A DNA stretch of 63,206 nucleotides, filler included, from Stramenopiles sp. TOSAG23-6 (lineage: Eukaryota): assembly GCA_900128565.1 (NCBI GenBank). It is 9 parts of 9 records of this genome, joined end to end, with 100 filler letters (N's around TTAATTAATTAA, not from the genome) between each part and the next. Parts side by side here need not be neighbours in the genome. Positions count along the whole stretch, not along the records: positions 45,905 to 57,247 come from LT636267.1; positions 57,348 to 58,740 come from LT639124.1; positions 58,841 to 60,230 come from LT639125.1; positions 60,331 to 61,718 come from LT639126.1; 5 more parts are not named here. One strand, 5' to 3'. A model generated the notes under the pieces. The model was not told where the DNA came from and made no database searches. It worked only from the letters and a program-made list of their open reading frames with translations. This document shows positions 47,164-60,340 of this stretch, piece by piece. The position numbers and the translations under genes were made by a program. How positions within the stretch are numbered: position 1 is the first letter of the stretch; the number at the start of each line of letters is the position of its first letter.

Positions 47164-48086
47164 CTATCCTGTCACTGGTCCCGTGGAAGTGGGATAATTC
47201 TGTGAAACAGTTTCTTTTTTACAAGGAGGCGGTGAGCAACCTAAGGAACGCGGTTGTAAAGCAGCTTGGCGAGCTTCGGCATTTGCGTTAGGGGGTAAAA
47301 CCTCTGTCTCTGTCCCCGGTATTGGCTGACGCTTATGTTTTGGGTCAACAGTAGGTGTATTAACTTCTACCAGTTCTCCATGTTTTGTTTTCGCGTATTC
47401 CCCCGCTACGTTTTCCAATGTTTTATCAGGAAGATACCGATCCGCGACTGAATGAAACCCACTTTTATCTTCCATGGTTGTCTTACATATATCATGAACT
47501 TGTTGAATAAAACCGGGAATTTGAGAGTCGCACTGTGCCATTAAACCTGGTCTTATAGGATTACAACTTCCAGCTTGTTCGTTATAATGTGGCTCCTGTT
47601 ATGTATAAAAGGATATTTTTAGCATATGTCGTACGTTAATTGGCTGTATTTGAGGAAGTGAACATGTTGTTTCTAAAAATAAAATAATGAAAACCAGAAA
47701 AGTGAAAGAAAGAAAGAAAGAAGAGAAGTAAACGAGGATGAAAGGAACACAAAAAATATGAGGGGATAATGGTGAAAAAAGTGATACAAAAGTTATGAAA
47801 GAATACAAAAAATATGGGGCAAATGTGGCAATGCTCTTTTCATATTATAACTTACCTTTTTTTGTTTGAATGCTTCGAGTGTGCTCTGGCAGGAAGGTTT
47901 AGTTAGTGTAACTAAATCTTTTCCAGAAATATAATTTTTTTTCAAGTTTTCAGCTTTTTCTAACTGGGGCTTAACCATACTTGGCACATTCGAAGGAATT
48001 ATAGATGTTACAGGGAACTTCTCTCTTCTAAGTATCAATGCATTTCCGTGTAACACACAGAGTGCAATGAATAATAGTTGGATCAT
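47164..48086 (-). CDS. Hypothetical secreted protein with canonical GT-AG intron 47596-47855
   Basis: Signal peptide; AAG|GTAAGT..AACAG|GAG joins the two ORFs in frame. Confidence 0.7.
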
Positions 48087-48554
48087 CGCTCTTTGCAGAT
48101 GTGGTCACTGTCCGTCCGTTACTTCGTTGAGCTACTTACAGATCCGAATGCGAGCGAGATTATTTTGAATTTTCATTCCGGTGCAGAAGAAAATAACCGA
48201 CGTCTTCACAGGGAGAGCAGTTTTGTTCCAGTTTTTTAGAAAAATAGCTGACTCTTTTAGAGTTCTTTCTCTCTTGCCTTTTGCGCGTCCCGCTACAAGA
48301 AAGTCATATAATCAAAGTAAGTATTCCGTCTTAATGTTTCCATTAATCACAACTGAGTCCCACATTGATACATTATATGATTGGGTTTGACCTCCCAATC
48401 ATATTTCAATGTCCGACAATTATTTCTATCTCACTATCTCGTGTGGACCCAATGGGGGATGTTGGTCTTACCACATTCTCCTGCCACGCCCGATACAAAT
48501 TGGTCGACTAATTTCTCTTTTTACTTTGTATATTTTCACACAACAGAACTAATA

Positions 48555-48929
48555 ATGTCCGCTATCGCAGATTCTAAACCAAAGACTTCCACCTCAAGTG
48601 GACAACCAGTACGATTGTACTCCAAGGGTACTATTGTCGGATACCGCCGTGGTGGTGCACACTCAGGAAATCACTACAACAAGTGTTCTCTTATCAACAT
48701 TGAAGGAGTCCGTTGCCGTGAAGACACTGAATTTTACTTGGGAAAGAAAATTGCTTACATATACAAGGCTAAGGTAAAGAAGTCTGGAAGCAACTTCCGT
48801 GTTATCTGGGGTAAAGTTGCACGACCTCACGGTACCAACGGTGTTGTTCGATGCGCGTTTCGCAGAGCTCTCCCTCCTTCCTCCCTTGGTGGTCGTGTTA
48901 GAGTGATGCTTTACCCAAACCGTAAATAA
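48555..48929 (+). CDS. RPL35A: 60S ribosomal protein L35a (eL33)
   Basis: RLYSKG..YLGKKIAYIYKA..IWGKVARPHGTNGVVR..RVMLYP. Likely canonical 5'UTR intron 48317-48546. Confidence 0.95.
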   Translation: MSAIADSKPKTSTSSGQPVRLYSKGTIVGYRRGGAHSGNHYNKCSLINIEGVRCREDTEFYLGKKIAYIYKAKVKKSGSNFRVIWGKVARPHGTNGVVRCAFRRALPPSSLGGRVRVMLYPNRK

Positions 48930-49269
48930 GGACTTATTAAGAGAACTTATTTTTATTTTCTACATCGGTACGTGTGATCTATACTCTTCACAACAATTTA
49001 GTTGTATAACCAGTTCACAGAATTGTCACTAACCTGTTTGTGTGCATCTATAGGTGAACCGTGTACCCTTAGTAGTAGGATATTTATATAGTAAAATGAC
49101 TACTTGACAACATATAATTCAACTTACTATTAATATTTATATGCAATTCTTTATATTATACAACAAAAAACTGTTCTCTTTTTAAACAGAAGTAGCTTTC
49201 ACGTTTATATCAAANNNNNNNNNNNNNNNNNNNNNNNNNNNNNNNNNNNNNNNNNNNNNNNNNTATTTT

Positions 49270-50579
49270 TTACGCAGAAGATGAGTTAGGGTATTTCTTT
49301 TCTTCACTTTCTTGCATCAAAACTTTAACAACTGATTTAAACGCAAACCACTCGGGAATCTCCTCCCCGGCACGCAGACGTCTACGAAATTCAGTACCAG
49401 ACAACTTTAAACTTTTACCACCAACAGCTTCCGCTTCTTCACTTGTCATGTATTCAAAAGTTCCATCATCAAATTCAACGCAAGACAAATTTAAAGAGGG
49501 AATGACTTTAACTAACAATTCATCAGAATGTAATTTCGCTAATTCTTGGGCATCATATGCACCATAATAATCTTCACCGGTCCGTAATTTTTACGGATAA
49601 TCATGTGCTGTATTGCCTCACGAGGACCAGCCATGTGCATGGAGTAAGGAAGATAAGCCCATTCCACTCGATTCATTCCTGCATGACTCGCACGAGGATC
49701 ATCAATTTCAGCTTTGAGTACTTCGTATGTCTTGTACCGTAAAGTGCCATCAATATCATCTGACTGTGTAGGGCCAACGGTGGGATGAACCAACACTAAA
49801 GCGCCGTTTTCTTTATCCACGTTATCTGCATCAAGAGCTCTCATAAAAAGTTCATAGTGAGCACGGTGGACAGGATTGCGACATTGAAAAGCAACTACAT
49901 CTTTCCCATGCATTGATGGTAATTCGTTGCGGAGTTGTGAAGGTGTTTTGCATGGGAAAACACGCTGGGGTAGGGCCAGACCTGTCAGTACACCACCAAG
50001 ATAAAATTTACCACGTTCCATGGCAACCATTTGAACACCTGGATGCTCAAGTTCAGATGTACCGTAACATTGCTTAACTTCTTTGGGCTTATTTGGTTTG
50101 TATTTATCTTCGATATCCAGAACAGCGATGTCCTGTCCTTGGTAACGGAGTAAAGCCCTATCGCCAGCACCACACTCAGTACAGTTTGTGTCCAAAACGA
50201 CAGGAAGACCAAATAATACTCCTTGTTCTTCACCCGTTTTTGCCGGTAAACGCATGTTTTCGACAGTGTGTTCATAAAAAGTCTTGTTCATTGGTCCAGT
50301 CAAGNNNNNNNNNNNNNNNNNNNNNGTCTTGTTCATTGGTCCCGTCAAGGGAGAGAACCCACCATTTATAAGTAATTCTACATCACAAGCCTGTCTATCG
50401 TTTAGTTCGAATGTAAAGTTTGTGGAACTGCGCAGTAATTCAGCCTCCTCACTTCCAGACACCATCAAATTCTGTAAGGCCCCTCCATGCGCTGGAAAAA
50501 CAGAAGAAAAATTACGCTTCAACCCGATATTCCATATTTGAGGGAGCTTACGTCTGGTTATCATCATAGTCACATTCAT
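49270..50579 (-). CDS. ATP sulfurylase (sulfate adenylyltransferase), apparent deletion/frameshift near 49580
   Basis: PAHGG, GGFSPLTG, AFQCRNPVHRAH, MHMAGPREAIQHMIIRKNYG, then a frame change to TGEDYYGAYDAQ..LSGTEFRRRL..IPEWF. Confidence 0.9.
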
Positions 50580-50835
50580 TGTAAGAAGTAGAACAAATTT
50601 ATAAGCACCTTACTTGTAGAATGTACAAGAACACCGAAGAAGAACGAACTACGAATGCTGAATGCAACAGAATCGAATCTCTTCGGTCGACGATGGAAAT
50701 AAATTGCAAATTGCGCGGAGACATCAGACGGGTCAAAAAATCTGAAACGACGTTTCTTCTTCATTTTGGTTGGGATACCCAAGCTCTAGCTCTTCCATTT
50801 CCACAACGGTTTTCGGTTTGTAGACCTGAAATAAA

Positions 50836-51846
50836 ATGCTCCTTCTTGAATCTAGTGATGGATCAATATGTTATATGGGTATTGGATCTTTTGACAAAAA
50901 GGAAAATATAATCGGTAAGATTAAGAGAATGTCCGTTAGCGGAGGAGGTGAGAAAGACTTTGAAGTTCTTGCGATTCCACAAAACCAATTGTATATTGCC
51001 GTTTTCAAAAACCACGTTGACGAGGCTCGTCGAATTCTAGAAAGTGGGTGCGATATTTCCAAAACCGTTGATGGTGATTTACTGTGTGAAGGCTTTCTCG
51101 GCATTGCGACTATTGATGGTCATATAGAAATGGTTGAGTTGCTTTTAGACTTCGGTCTGAGTCCAGACTCTCCCTGGCCCATGGCAGATGGAACTACGTC
51201 AACTCCATTAGGTCTCGCAACTGCTTTCGGAAGTTCTGATATTGCTACTCTTTTATTAGAAAGAGGTGCAAATGCAGACATTCAGTGTGGGTTAGAGAAG
51301 AATCCTCCTCTAGACTTGGCAGTTGAAAAAGGAAATGTTGAGTTTTTGAAAATGTTACTAGAACATGGGGCTAACACAGAAATAGAAAATAAGAAATTAT
51401 ATACACCACTGAAAACTGCCATATATTTGCACAAGCCAGAATGTTTAAAAGTATTACTCGAATATGGAGCAAAAATGGATGGAGATATGAATATGTGTCC
51501 AATGTTTGTGTCAATAGCAAAAGGGTTCAAGGACTGTGTGGAAATTTTACTTGACCATGGATTCGATATTCACAAAAAATGTCGTTTTTATAAGAAAACA
51601 CCAATAATGCTCGCCGTTGAAATGGAGAAGGCGGATATCATTGAGTTTCTCATCAGCAGAGGTGCTGATATTACCGAAAAAACACCAAATGGTAAAACTC
51701 TACTAGAACTTGCAAAAAAAACAGGTAAAATGGATGTAGTTAATGCTCTCTCTACTGTCTCTGCTGACTCCACTGTCTCTGAAAAGAAAAAAAATAAGGA
51801 AAAAAATGACAGTCATAAAGATTGTGAGTGCTGTATAATCTCTTAG
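50836..51846 (+). CDS. Ankyrin-repeat protein with C-terminal CaaX motif
   Basis: Multiple TPL..A..G..L repeats; ends CCIIS. Confidence 0.85.
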   Translation: MLLLESSDGSICYMGIGSFDKKENIIGKIKRMSVSGGGEKDFEVLAIPQNQLYIAVFKNHVDEARRILESGCDISKTVDGDLLCEGFLGIATIDGHIEMVELLLDFGLSPDSPWPMADGTTSTPLGLATAFGSSDIATLLLERGANADIQCGLEKNPPLDLAVEKGNVEFLKMLLEHGANTEIENKKLYTPLKTAIYLHKPECLKVLLEYGAKMDGDMNMCPMFVSIAKGFKDCVEILLDHGFDIHKKCRFYKKTPIMLAVEMEKADIIEFLISRGADITEKTPNGKTLLELAKKTGKMDVVNALSTVSADSTVSEKKKNKEKNDSHKDCECCIIS

Positions 51847-52044
51847 TCTATCACCGAAGTGTGTATTTTACTGAATCAAATTTCCAAAATAAACTTAATT
51901 AATAATTTTTTATGTGAGACTTTTTATTTGGATAATTTGTCAACATTTCATCAAAATGTGAAACGTTCGACCTGACCGGTTCGTTACACTTGTTACTAAG
52001 GATAACAACAATCAATCAAAAGTATCTTATTGAAATAATTAAAA

Positions 52045-55000
52045 ATGCAACGGGGCAAAAGGGTACGCCATAAAAAGAAAGCTGAGACGCCTTACACCAG
52101 GGTGAAAAGAGACGTAAAAAAGGCATTATTAGCAGCAAATAGAGCGACGAAAAGTAGTGCGACGCTTTCAAGAGTGAGCGAAGCCGTATGGTCAACAAAT
52201 GATTCAAAAAACACGCGCGACTGTAGCGTACATTTAACTACACCAGCAATTAAACGACGTCGCGAACGCGCACTCAAAATGAATGGTTCATCCATTCGTG
52301 GAAATGTTGATTCTTGTACCGAAACTCTTTGTCTATCTCCAAAATTCCAGCAACACCTGCAGTCAATTGGTGTGAGTGATGACTGGCAAAGGGTTCCGTC
52401 TATTTGTGCAACATTTGGTATACACAGATCATTTAATAATAATCGTGCTATGGAAAAACCAGCAGCAAAATCGCATCATAGAGTTTATACCGCCAATCGC
52501 TACGATTTGCCTGGTACAACTAAACAAAGCAGACGCAGCTTACCATCTGGTTTAAATGGTTCATTAAATGGAACGCAAAAGACTGACGATGAAATACCTA
52601 AAACATGTAAAAAACAACAATAATCGAACAACATATACGAAATAATTCACAGCGAAATGCTGAAATACTGGGTATTGCAATCAAAATCACTGTACGCACA
52701 CAAACAAATAAAATTCTAGGTCGTTTGCTTGTCCCGCCTAAACAAACACTGAAAGAAATGAGAAATATTTTACATACATATTTATCATACTGCCCTGATA
52801 ATTTTGTGTTTTGTTACCCTAAAAGGTCTACCCTTGGTCGCATTACGGCAAAATCACGTACGTATTGCGGTCATACTGCAGTTAGCTTTGTAAGTTGTAA
52901 AAATGAAAAGTCAACCCCATTAACTGAAATTACGAATATCACAAAGGATGGACAGTATGAAATTGTGCTACAAGTTAGATCTGCAAGTGGTACAATTACA
53001 CAAGCGTTGGGAAATAGGTGCATTATGACTGATGAGGTTAATTTTATTTTACAAACCTCGACTGATCAAAGTCAAGAAAAAAAGATACAAAGTGATAGGA
53101 TTGCAAAAGATGCTAATACAGTAAAACTAAGTGATAAAGAAGATACTACAGTAAAACTCAATGATAAAGAAGATACTACAGTAAAACTCAATGATAAAGA
53201 AGATAATAGTGATACTAGAAAAGACAAAGAATATGAAGTAGATAGTATTTCCAATAATAAAGAGGTGGATCAAGTCATTCAACATGAGATTTCATCCTCC
53301 AACTTTATTGAAGAAGGTTGTTTGATATTCAACAATTTTGTCCAAATTAGTTCGGTAAATGCATATATCAAAGCATATTCATATCATAATGGAATTTTAT
53401 TAAATATTATTGATAAAGGACAACCTGGAGTTATTAAAGATTGTATTTTTTTAAGCTCGCAAGTTTTAGGTGTGATTTCACATGACAAGGAAGAATTGCT
53501 TCAAATGAATCGACGCATAGATTTATGTACGTTTTATATGAATTTCTAGTTTAATTTTGTTTTCATACGAAATTTCGTACCTAACGATTTTAATTTTTGA
53601 AATGTTTTTTCATAATACATGTCGTTTCCTCTTAAATAAAGATTTTCGCTGGTTATACATGACTCAAAATGGGAAGAAGGGAACAGAATTGTTTTCTTCA
53701 TACGTATCGACTAGATGCGTATTACACAATGCAGGATATAAAATCAAAGTGAATAATGAAATTACAAAACACACAATGAAAAATGTAAAAAGTATTTATT
53801 GTATGATTGAAATGAGACAAAATCATGGTGGTACGACTATATATGCCACTGCTATTGTTCATGATGATAATGAAAAAAATGAAACACATGATAACAATAA
53901 TTGGGTATTGTTTATCAGTGATAAAGATATACAACTTTTACTTGAATTGAGTAAAGAATTATACGGTGATCGTACGTCAAAGTTAGGTACGGAAAATCAT
54001 ACGGAAAGTGAAATTCGAGATGCAAATAGTGGAGGTATGAGTCGAATTTGCGAGTTATTACAATTTAAATATTCTCAGGATAATGTTTTATGGTTAGATG
54101 TGCCACGCGTCACTTTACGCGGCTGTCTTCAAATTTATGGAGGTATGAAAAAAGTACGCCTTCAACTTAAGAATTCTGAAAACTATAATGCGTGTTCCTC
54201 TTGCTGTTTATCTGTAAAAATTTATCGAGTAAAACAACNAAAAACTACAAAACTACTTATACTTGCAAATAATCCTGTAAATGGACAATCGTATTCATGT
54301 AAATTAGATTCTTTAGATCTTAAAAATGTTGCATCTAGTGTTGGTAAACATGTATGTTTTCATTTAAATTTTGAATTTTATATTTTTTTTTCGTACGAAA
54401 TTTTGTATCTGACGATTTTTTTTTTAAATATTTTTTCATAATCCATGTAACGTATTTTTTGTCAAGATCAACAGATATACTCTTATGTGAAGTATTATTA
54501 GATAGAATAGTTCTAAAGCCTTGTTTCTCTGGAGTATTTCCAAAACAAACAAATCATTTTGAACCAAATTTCGTGCCTGAAAGTTATGGTTTAGTTTTAT
54601 CTATACAAGAGTCTTTACTAGCTTTTCACACTGAACCAATCTCGCTACCAGGAGATAAAATTATTTTAAATGATACAATTGTTTTGTTGAATGCTATAAT
54701 TACACCAGAATTTTTCATCGTCGTTATACCAATGCTTATACCGAAAAATACATATTTTGAGGGCATGACTGTGCCAGTATTTTCTAGAACACAAAATGTT
54801 ACAACAGAAACTTCTTTAAAGATAGAATTAAAAGATGCAGAAAACATTGTAGGCCCCGATTTCGAATTTAGTGGAGCAAAGCAACGCCAAAAGTCAGCTT
54901 TAAAGCGATTGTGTGAAATGATAATTGTCAAAACTATATTATCGCCAAATACATCGGTTGTACATCTTCACTTAATGGTACCTGGTACTGATCGTATAAA

Positions 55001-57198
55001 AAGAGAAAATGCAGCTGTTGTAGTGCAATGTAAAGTTAGATCTAATATAGCAAGTATGAAAATGTCCCAACAGAAATCTGCAATTAAAATCCAGGCCCAT
55101 GCAAAGGGACACAGGACTAGAAGTTTGATACCACATAGGGCAAGAAGTTTGATACCACACCGACACAAAAAAGCACAAAAAAAAAATAATAAAACAGTAG
55201 AAACAGCAACACTTGATGAGAATCGTACTCCGCACCCACATTCTTCCTTTTCTCCAAGTTTTCGTGTCAATTTAGAAGAGTATGATGCAGGTATCATACT
55301 TGCTGTTAAAGATTCTCCGACCAATTTTCTTAGTAATGGTGGAATTGGGCGGATAGTTGATGGTATTTTTGTAAGCCATTTAGCACTGAGTTTTATGGTA
55401 ACAGGTTTTGGGCCGAAATCGTCCTTACCTAATATTGAGAATATTAGAAGTACAAAAAATACAGAAGATGAGTCAAAGTCACCAAAAATTGAGATTGTGA
55501 GAGCGCAGTCGAGTGACTCAGGGAATCGTCCACCAACATGTGTTCAGCAACATGTACAAGATTTATCTGGTATTTTATTAGGTAAAGCATCACAATTAAT
55601 TAAGTTTACTCAATTATCTACAAATGAAACTACAGTTCCACAAATTGCTATAGACAAAGCTGCTAAAGTTGCGTCAAATTTATTAAAGATGGGTGATGAT
55701 GTGAGTGTACTTCGTAAGCAAGCTCGTAAAGGTAAATGGCTAATTCAGGTAAAACGAACGTTGCATAGGTCTACACTAAATCTATTTATATATGAAAGTC
55801 ATTCACATGCAAATGGTGCAAATAATTCAATAAAGCCATTAAATTGCTATGCTGAAATTGAAATTTTCAATAGTGGTGTATTAATAAAAGTTACACCCGT
55901 GATAAAAACAGAAGATGTAAATAATATCGATGAAAATACTATTTCTGTATTTATTTCTTTAGGAGACATTACAACATATGTGATGCAAGAAAATACAAAA
56001 TATCTAGAACGAAAACTGAAAAATAATAGTAGAAAAACTACACAAAATAAACATGAAGAATATTCAATATTCAATTCGATATTGGAAATGGACAACACTG
56101 AACTTGGTGAAACCGTCCTAAAATTCTTAATCTTAAAAAAATCTGTGGCATCCAAAAAAATCTTTGCAGTGGTAACAAGACAACTCGTAGATGTACCAGG
56201 TACAAAAAAGCAAGGGCGATTTATTTACAATAACTCTGTATCAGTACCACGTAGCCGTGGTGACGTAACTATTATGAATATTTCAGTATATGAGGTTCAT
56301 CGAAATTCACACAAAAAGGGTATTCGGTATTTCGTTCATGCGACAGACTATAAAGGCAAAACTGAATTTCTAATTTCAGTAATGAAAAGTGAAGTCGATA
56401 GCTTAATGGAGTTAACAGGTGATTTAGATTTAACTTGTTTAGGTAATGAGTTTTTGTTAGGGGAACGAATTGTAAAAAGATTATATTTATTTGATGATGA
56501 TGCAAACGATAGACCGCTTCTTGAATTGCGATGGGAATTTGTTCATCACAAACAAAACATATTTTTCACACCTGTTCAAGCCGTTCGATTATCAGCAACG
56601 GTAGTAATAACTTTAGAATGGAAGATTGTTTTTACTTTAATTAAAGACGACGTAACGAAAAGATTTTGGCCTCCAATGATTTTAGATATCTCAGAAGCAC
56701 GGAGAGTATTAAATGATCCAACTGCATTTAGTTCATATTCGAGCAACTTTTTAATACATCATAGAACTGTATTAAAGAATAAGAGTCGAGAGAAAGATTC
56801 TAGTGTAACTTCTGAAAGTCTAAAATGTGAGTACACTAAATCTATTGATGCACTGACTAAGTTACTATATGCTACATATGGTGAAAGACATTTATATCTC
56901 TCTCAACAGACTACTACTGCGTCTAATAATGATACCAGTGAATCTGATTTGCAAGCAATAGAGAATAAGAGTATCATACGTTTACAATCACTTAGTCGAG
57001 GACACTCAGCTAGGTGTAAAACTAAAAAAATGCGAGAGCAACAACAACAACTACGATCTATTTCAAAGACGAGTGTTGAACGTCCATATAGAATGACTGT
57101 ACTCTCACCACAAAAAGTATCAATACCGATATGTGTTACCCATTCTAATAATATAGAGCTTGATGTATCAGATGATGCACCAATGAAAGAATTGGTAT
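52045..57198 (+). CDS. Large hypothetical IQ-motif protein (3'-truncated)
   Basis: ORFs join after removing 53527-53620 and 54352-54446. IQ motifs AIKIQAHAKGHRTR and IRLQSLSRGHSAR. Probable homopolymer frameshift near 52610. Confidence 0.65.
53527..53620 (+). mobile_element. Introner-like intron GT..AT (94 nt)
   Basis: Consensus; restores frame. Confidence 0.85.
54352..54446 (+). mobile_element. Introner-like intron GT..AT (95 nt)
   Basis: Ends AATCCAT; restores frame. Confidence 0.83.
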
Positions 57199-57247
57199 GT
57201 ATGTTTTATTTTTTTTTCAATTTCGAATTTATTTTTCATACGAAATT
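57199..57247 (+). mobile_element. 5' half of introner-like intron at contig end
   Basis: GTATGTTTTATTTT..TTCGAA..TTTCATACGAAATT. Confidence 0.75.
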
Positions 57248-57347
57248 NNNNNNNNNNNNNNNNNNNNNNNNNNNNNNNNNNNNNNNNNNNNTTAATTAAT
57301 TAANNNNNNNNNNNNNNNNNNNNNNNNNNNNNNNNNNNNNNNNNNNN

Positions 57348-57461
57348 ATTTTGGAAAAATATTTCAAAAAAAATCTAAAAAAATTTGTTAGGTACAAAAT
57401 TTACTATAAAAAAAAAATTCGATGTTTTTTTTTTCGGTAAAAAAAAAAAAATAAAACATAC
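57348..57461 (-). mobile_element. Introner-like intron truncated at contig end
   Basis: Consensus lacking the last few nt. Confidence 0.78.
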
Positions 57462-58658
57462 ATTTCTTGATGAAATGTAAAAGAGCTTTCATTCTCCGTC
57501 TGTATAGTTTCTCTGTACGACACGCGAACTTTGTTTTGGTATACATTTTGCTTAAATTCGCGCTTCAATCTATCTAATATAATGTCTAAATGTAACTCAC
57601 CCATACCAGCAACTATGATTTGTCCAGAGGATTCATCATCTGTAACAGTCATACTGGGATCATGTATTGTGAAAAAAACACGAAATCATGAAAAATATCG
57701 TTAGGTACGAAATTTCGTATGAAAAAAAAAATTAAATTAATAAATTCATGATGAAAACGTACCTCTCTTTGAAGTTGCTTAAGCGCAATACCTAATGACT
57801 GTTCTTGTAATGCTGAATCAGTCTCAAGACTAACAGAGAATACGGGTGGAGGCGGTTGCATACCTTTCATGTATTACGAAAAAATATGTCGTTTAAAAAA
57901 AATTATTAGGTACGAAATTTTTTTTTTTGAAATCAAAAAAAAAAAAATTTCGTAAAACGTTTTGTAGTGAAAAATAATAGTATTAAAAACATACATCATT
58001 ACTCGAAATGTTTCGGTCTTTGCACAAAATGTTGCTCCAGTACGCGAAGATTTCGGTCCAACAAGTGCGGCAATATTACCTGCAATGACTTGATCCACTT
58101 CTGAGGTTTCACCGCCACTAATTTGCAAAACACGAGACACTCTCTCTGTTTGCCCAGTCACTGTATTCACTACAACAGACCCGGCGTGAAGTGTCCCAGA
58201 ATACACGTATTGTGAAAAAATATTTCAAAATTTTCTATAAAAAAAAAATTTGTTAGGTACGAATTTTTTTTTTTTGAAATCAAAAAAAAAAAAAAATAAA
58301 ATTAGAAATTCATATAAAACGTACACTCGAACAAAAGTTAAAGGACCACGGCGCATATCGTGGATCACTTTAAATGCTAACGCACACAATGGATCTGAAG
58401 CATTGGCTGAGCAATACCAAGTATCACCCTCAGCGTAATCATCAATATTTTTCTTGGATTGAATCTTACTATTATTACTATTTTTATTTTTTTTATTTTT
58501 TTTCTTGGATTGAGTCTTCTTTTTATTATTTTTATTTTTTGTATTTTTTGTCTGAATCACAGAGGCCTGAGCCGGACGTGCGTCTAAAGGAGATGGTAAG
58601 TAATCTAATATAGCATCTAATAACGGTTGTACACCTCTATTTTGTAAAGCTGTGCCAC
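57462..58658 (-). CDS. Elongation factor G family, likely mitochondrial EF-G2 (internal fragment, 4 exons)
   Basis: [66 protein letters not shown]. Confidence 0.88.
57662..57762 (-). mobile_element. Introner-like intron GT..AT (101 nt)
   Basis: The GT..AT register restores LQRE|DPS. Confidence 0.9.
57869..57994 (-). mobile_element. Introner-like intron GT..AT (126 nt)
   Basis: Restores frame. Confidence 0.82.
58205..58324 (-). mobile_element. Introner-like intron GT..GT (120 nt)
   Basis: Splits FVRVYSG; GT on both sides. Confidence 0.88.
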
Positions 58659-58740
58659 ATGTTGGAGAAAACATATTTCAAAAAACAATTTATTTACTTT
58701 GTTAGGTAAAAAAAAAAAAAAAAAAAAAAAAAAGGAAAAA
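58659..58740 (-). mobile_element. 3' part of introner-like intron at contig end
   Basis: TACCTAAC..GAAATATGTTTTCTCCAACAT. Confidence 0.7.
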
Positions 58741-58840
58741 NNNNNNNNNNNNNNNNNNNNNNNNNNNNNNNNNNNNNNNNNNNNTTAATTAATTAANNNN
58801 NNNNNNNNNNNNNNNNNNNNNNNNNNNNNNNNNNNNNNNN

Positions 58841-60230
58841 TCTGCGACAAGACTGCGAACATTCAAATTTTCATTGTATATAAGCACATCAATAACCAAA
58901 ACATGTACTCCAGACACGGATGGCAACGTCTCTAATGCTGCTTCATCTTTTTTTGTTTGATTCTTATTTGAATTATCAGAAGAGTGTCCTATTACACACC
59001 TCATTGTCATGATTGCATCAATCATTACACCACAATCAAAACCAACATCATTATCATTATCACCATTAGTTACATTATTTTTTAATTCTTTCAAACTTTG
59101 GCTTCTTTTGTGTTCAATGGAAACAACACTAACTAGTTTTGAAAGAAGAGACTCACAATCAAGTCCATCTAATAAATGTGTAGATCCAGTTGAAGAATTC
59201 GAATGAGATGGAGAAATGTTTTCTACTGCAAAAGAATCTCTATATGAATTAATTGAATTACCAAAGAGACAAAACTTAATAATCTTAATAACCACACCGA
59301 CACCACCACTACTATCAGAATTTTGTAATTGCTCTTCACTAAGTTTTAAAAAGAAAGAATAAACATAACTAAAACCTCCTGATTTAATGAATGCTTGACG
59401 GAGTTCAGATGCACGCTTCACTTGTNNNNNNNNNNNNNNNNNNNNNNNNNNNNNNNNNNNNNNNNNNNNNNNNNNNNNNNNNNNNNNNNNNNNNNNNNNN
59501 NNNNNNNNNNNNNNNNNNNNNNNNNNNNNNNNNNNNNNNNNNNNNNNNNNNNNNNNNNNNNNNNNNNNNNNNNNNNNNNNNNNNNNNNNNNNNNNNNNNN
59601 NNNNNNNNNNNNNNNNNNNNNNNNNNNNNNNNNNNNNNNNNNNNNNNNNNNNCCCATGCACCATGAATAACAGAATCATTCTTACATTTATCCGCAAGAC
59701 GAAAAATTTTATCGAAATAATCATCACCACGAGTATTATTAATATCCATTTCTTTTGATACTTTTGCCTCGGAATCAGAAATTGAATCACAGCTTAGATC
59801 AACAAGATCTGACAATTTCGGAGATGTATTCGTCTGCGATATAGAGACATCAATTTTTGTTTCATTTAACAAAACAGCAACTACCTCATCGCCATTCTTT
59901 AAACCTAAAGGTCCCAACAACGCATTTTCAAGACCTAAATGTCGACCAATAACAGAATCATTCTTACATTTATCCGCAAGACGAAAAATTTTATCGAAAT
60001 AATCATCACCACGAGTATTATTAATATCCATTTCTTTTGATACTTTTGCCTCGGAATCAGAAATTGAATCACAGCTTAGATCAACAAGATCTGACAATTT
60101 CGGAGATGTATTCGTCTGCGATATAGAGACATCAATTTTTGTTTCATTTAACAAAACAGCAACTACCTCATCGCCATTCTTTAAACCTAAAGGTCCCAAC
60201 AACGCATTTTCAAGACCTAAATGTCGACCA
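58841..60230 (-). CDS. Fragment of a large helical-repeat protein (possibly USP9/24/34-like)
   Basis: Open frames across the gap. The family call is weak; exact 282-nt duplication at 59666-60229. Confidence 0.4.
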
Positions 60231-60340
60231 NNNNNNNNNNNNNNNNNNNNNNNNNNNNNNNNNNNNNNNNNNNNTTAATTAATTAANNNNNNNNNNNNNN
60301 NNNNNNNNNNNNNNNNNNNNNNNNNNNNNNAAAAAATAGT

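Noticed and set aside
49560-49600. ATP sulfurylase pseudogene or programmed frameshift
   Set aside because: The conserved THFIIGRD segment is simply missing with a frame change while the rest is intact, and nearby gaps show a poor local assembly. Probably an artefact; not resolvable here.
52600-52725. Stop or frameshift between ORFs 52045 and 52725
   Set aside because: Explained by a single-base indel in an A run; the downstream frame is open from that point.
59666-60229. Exact 282-nt tandem duplication
   Set aside because: Identical copies between a gap and the contig end; likely a scaffolding overlap artefact.
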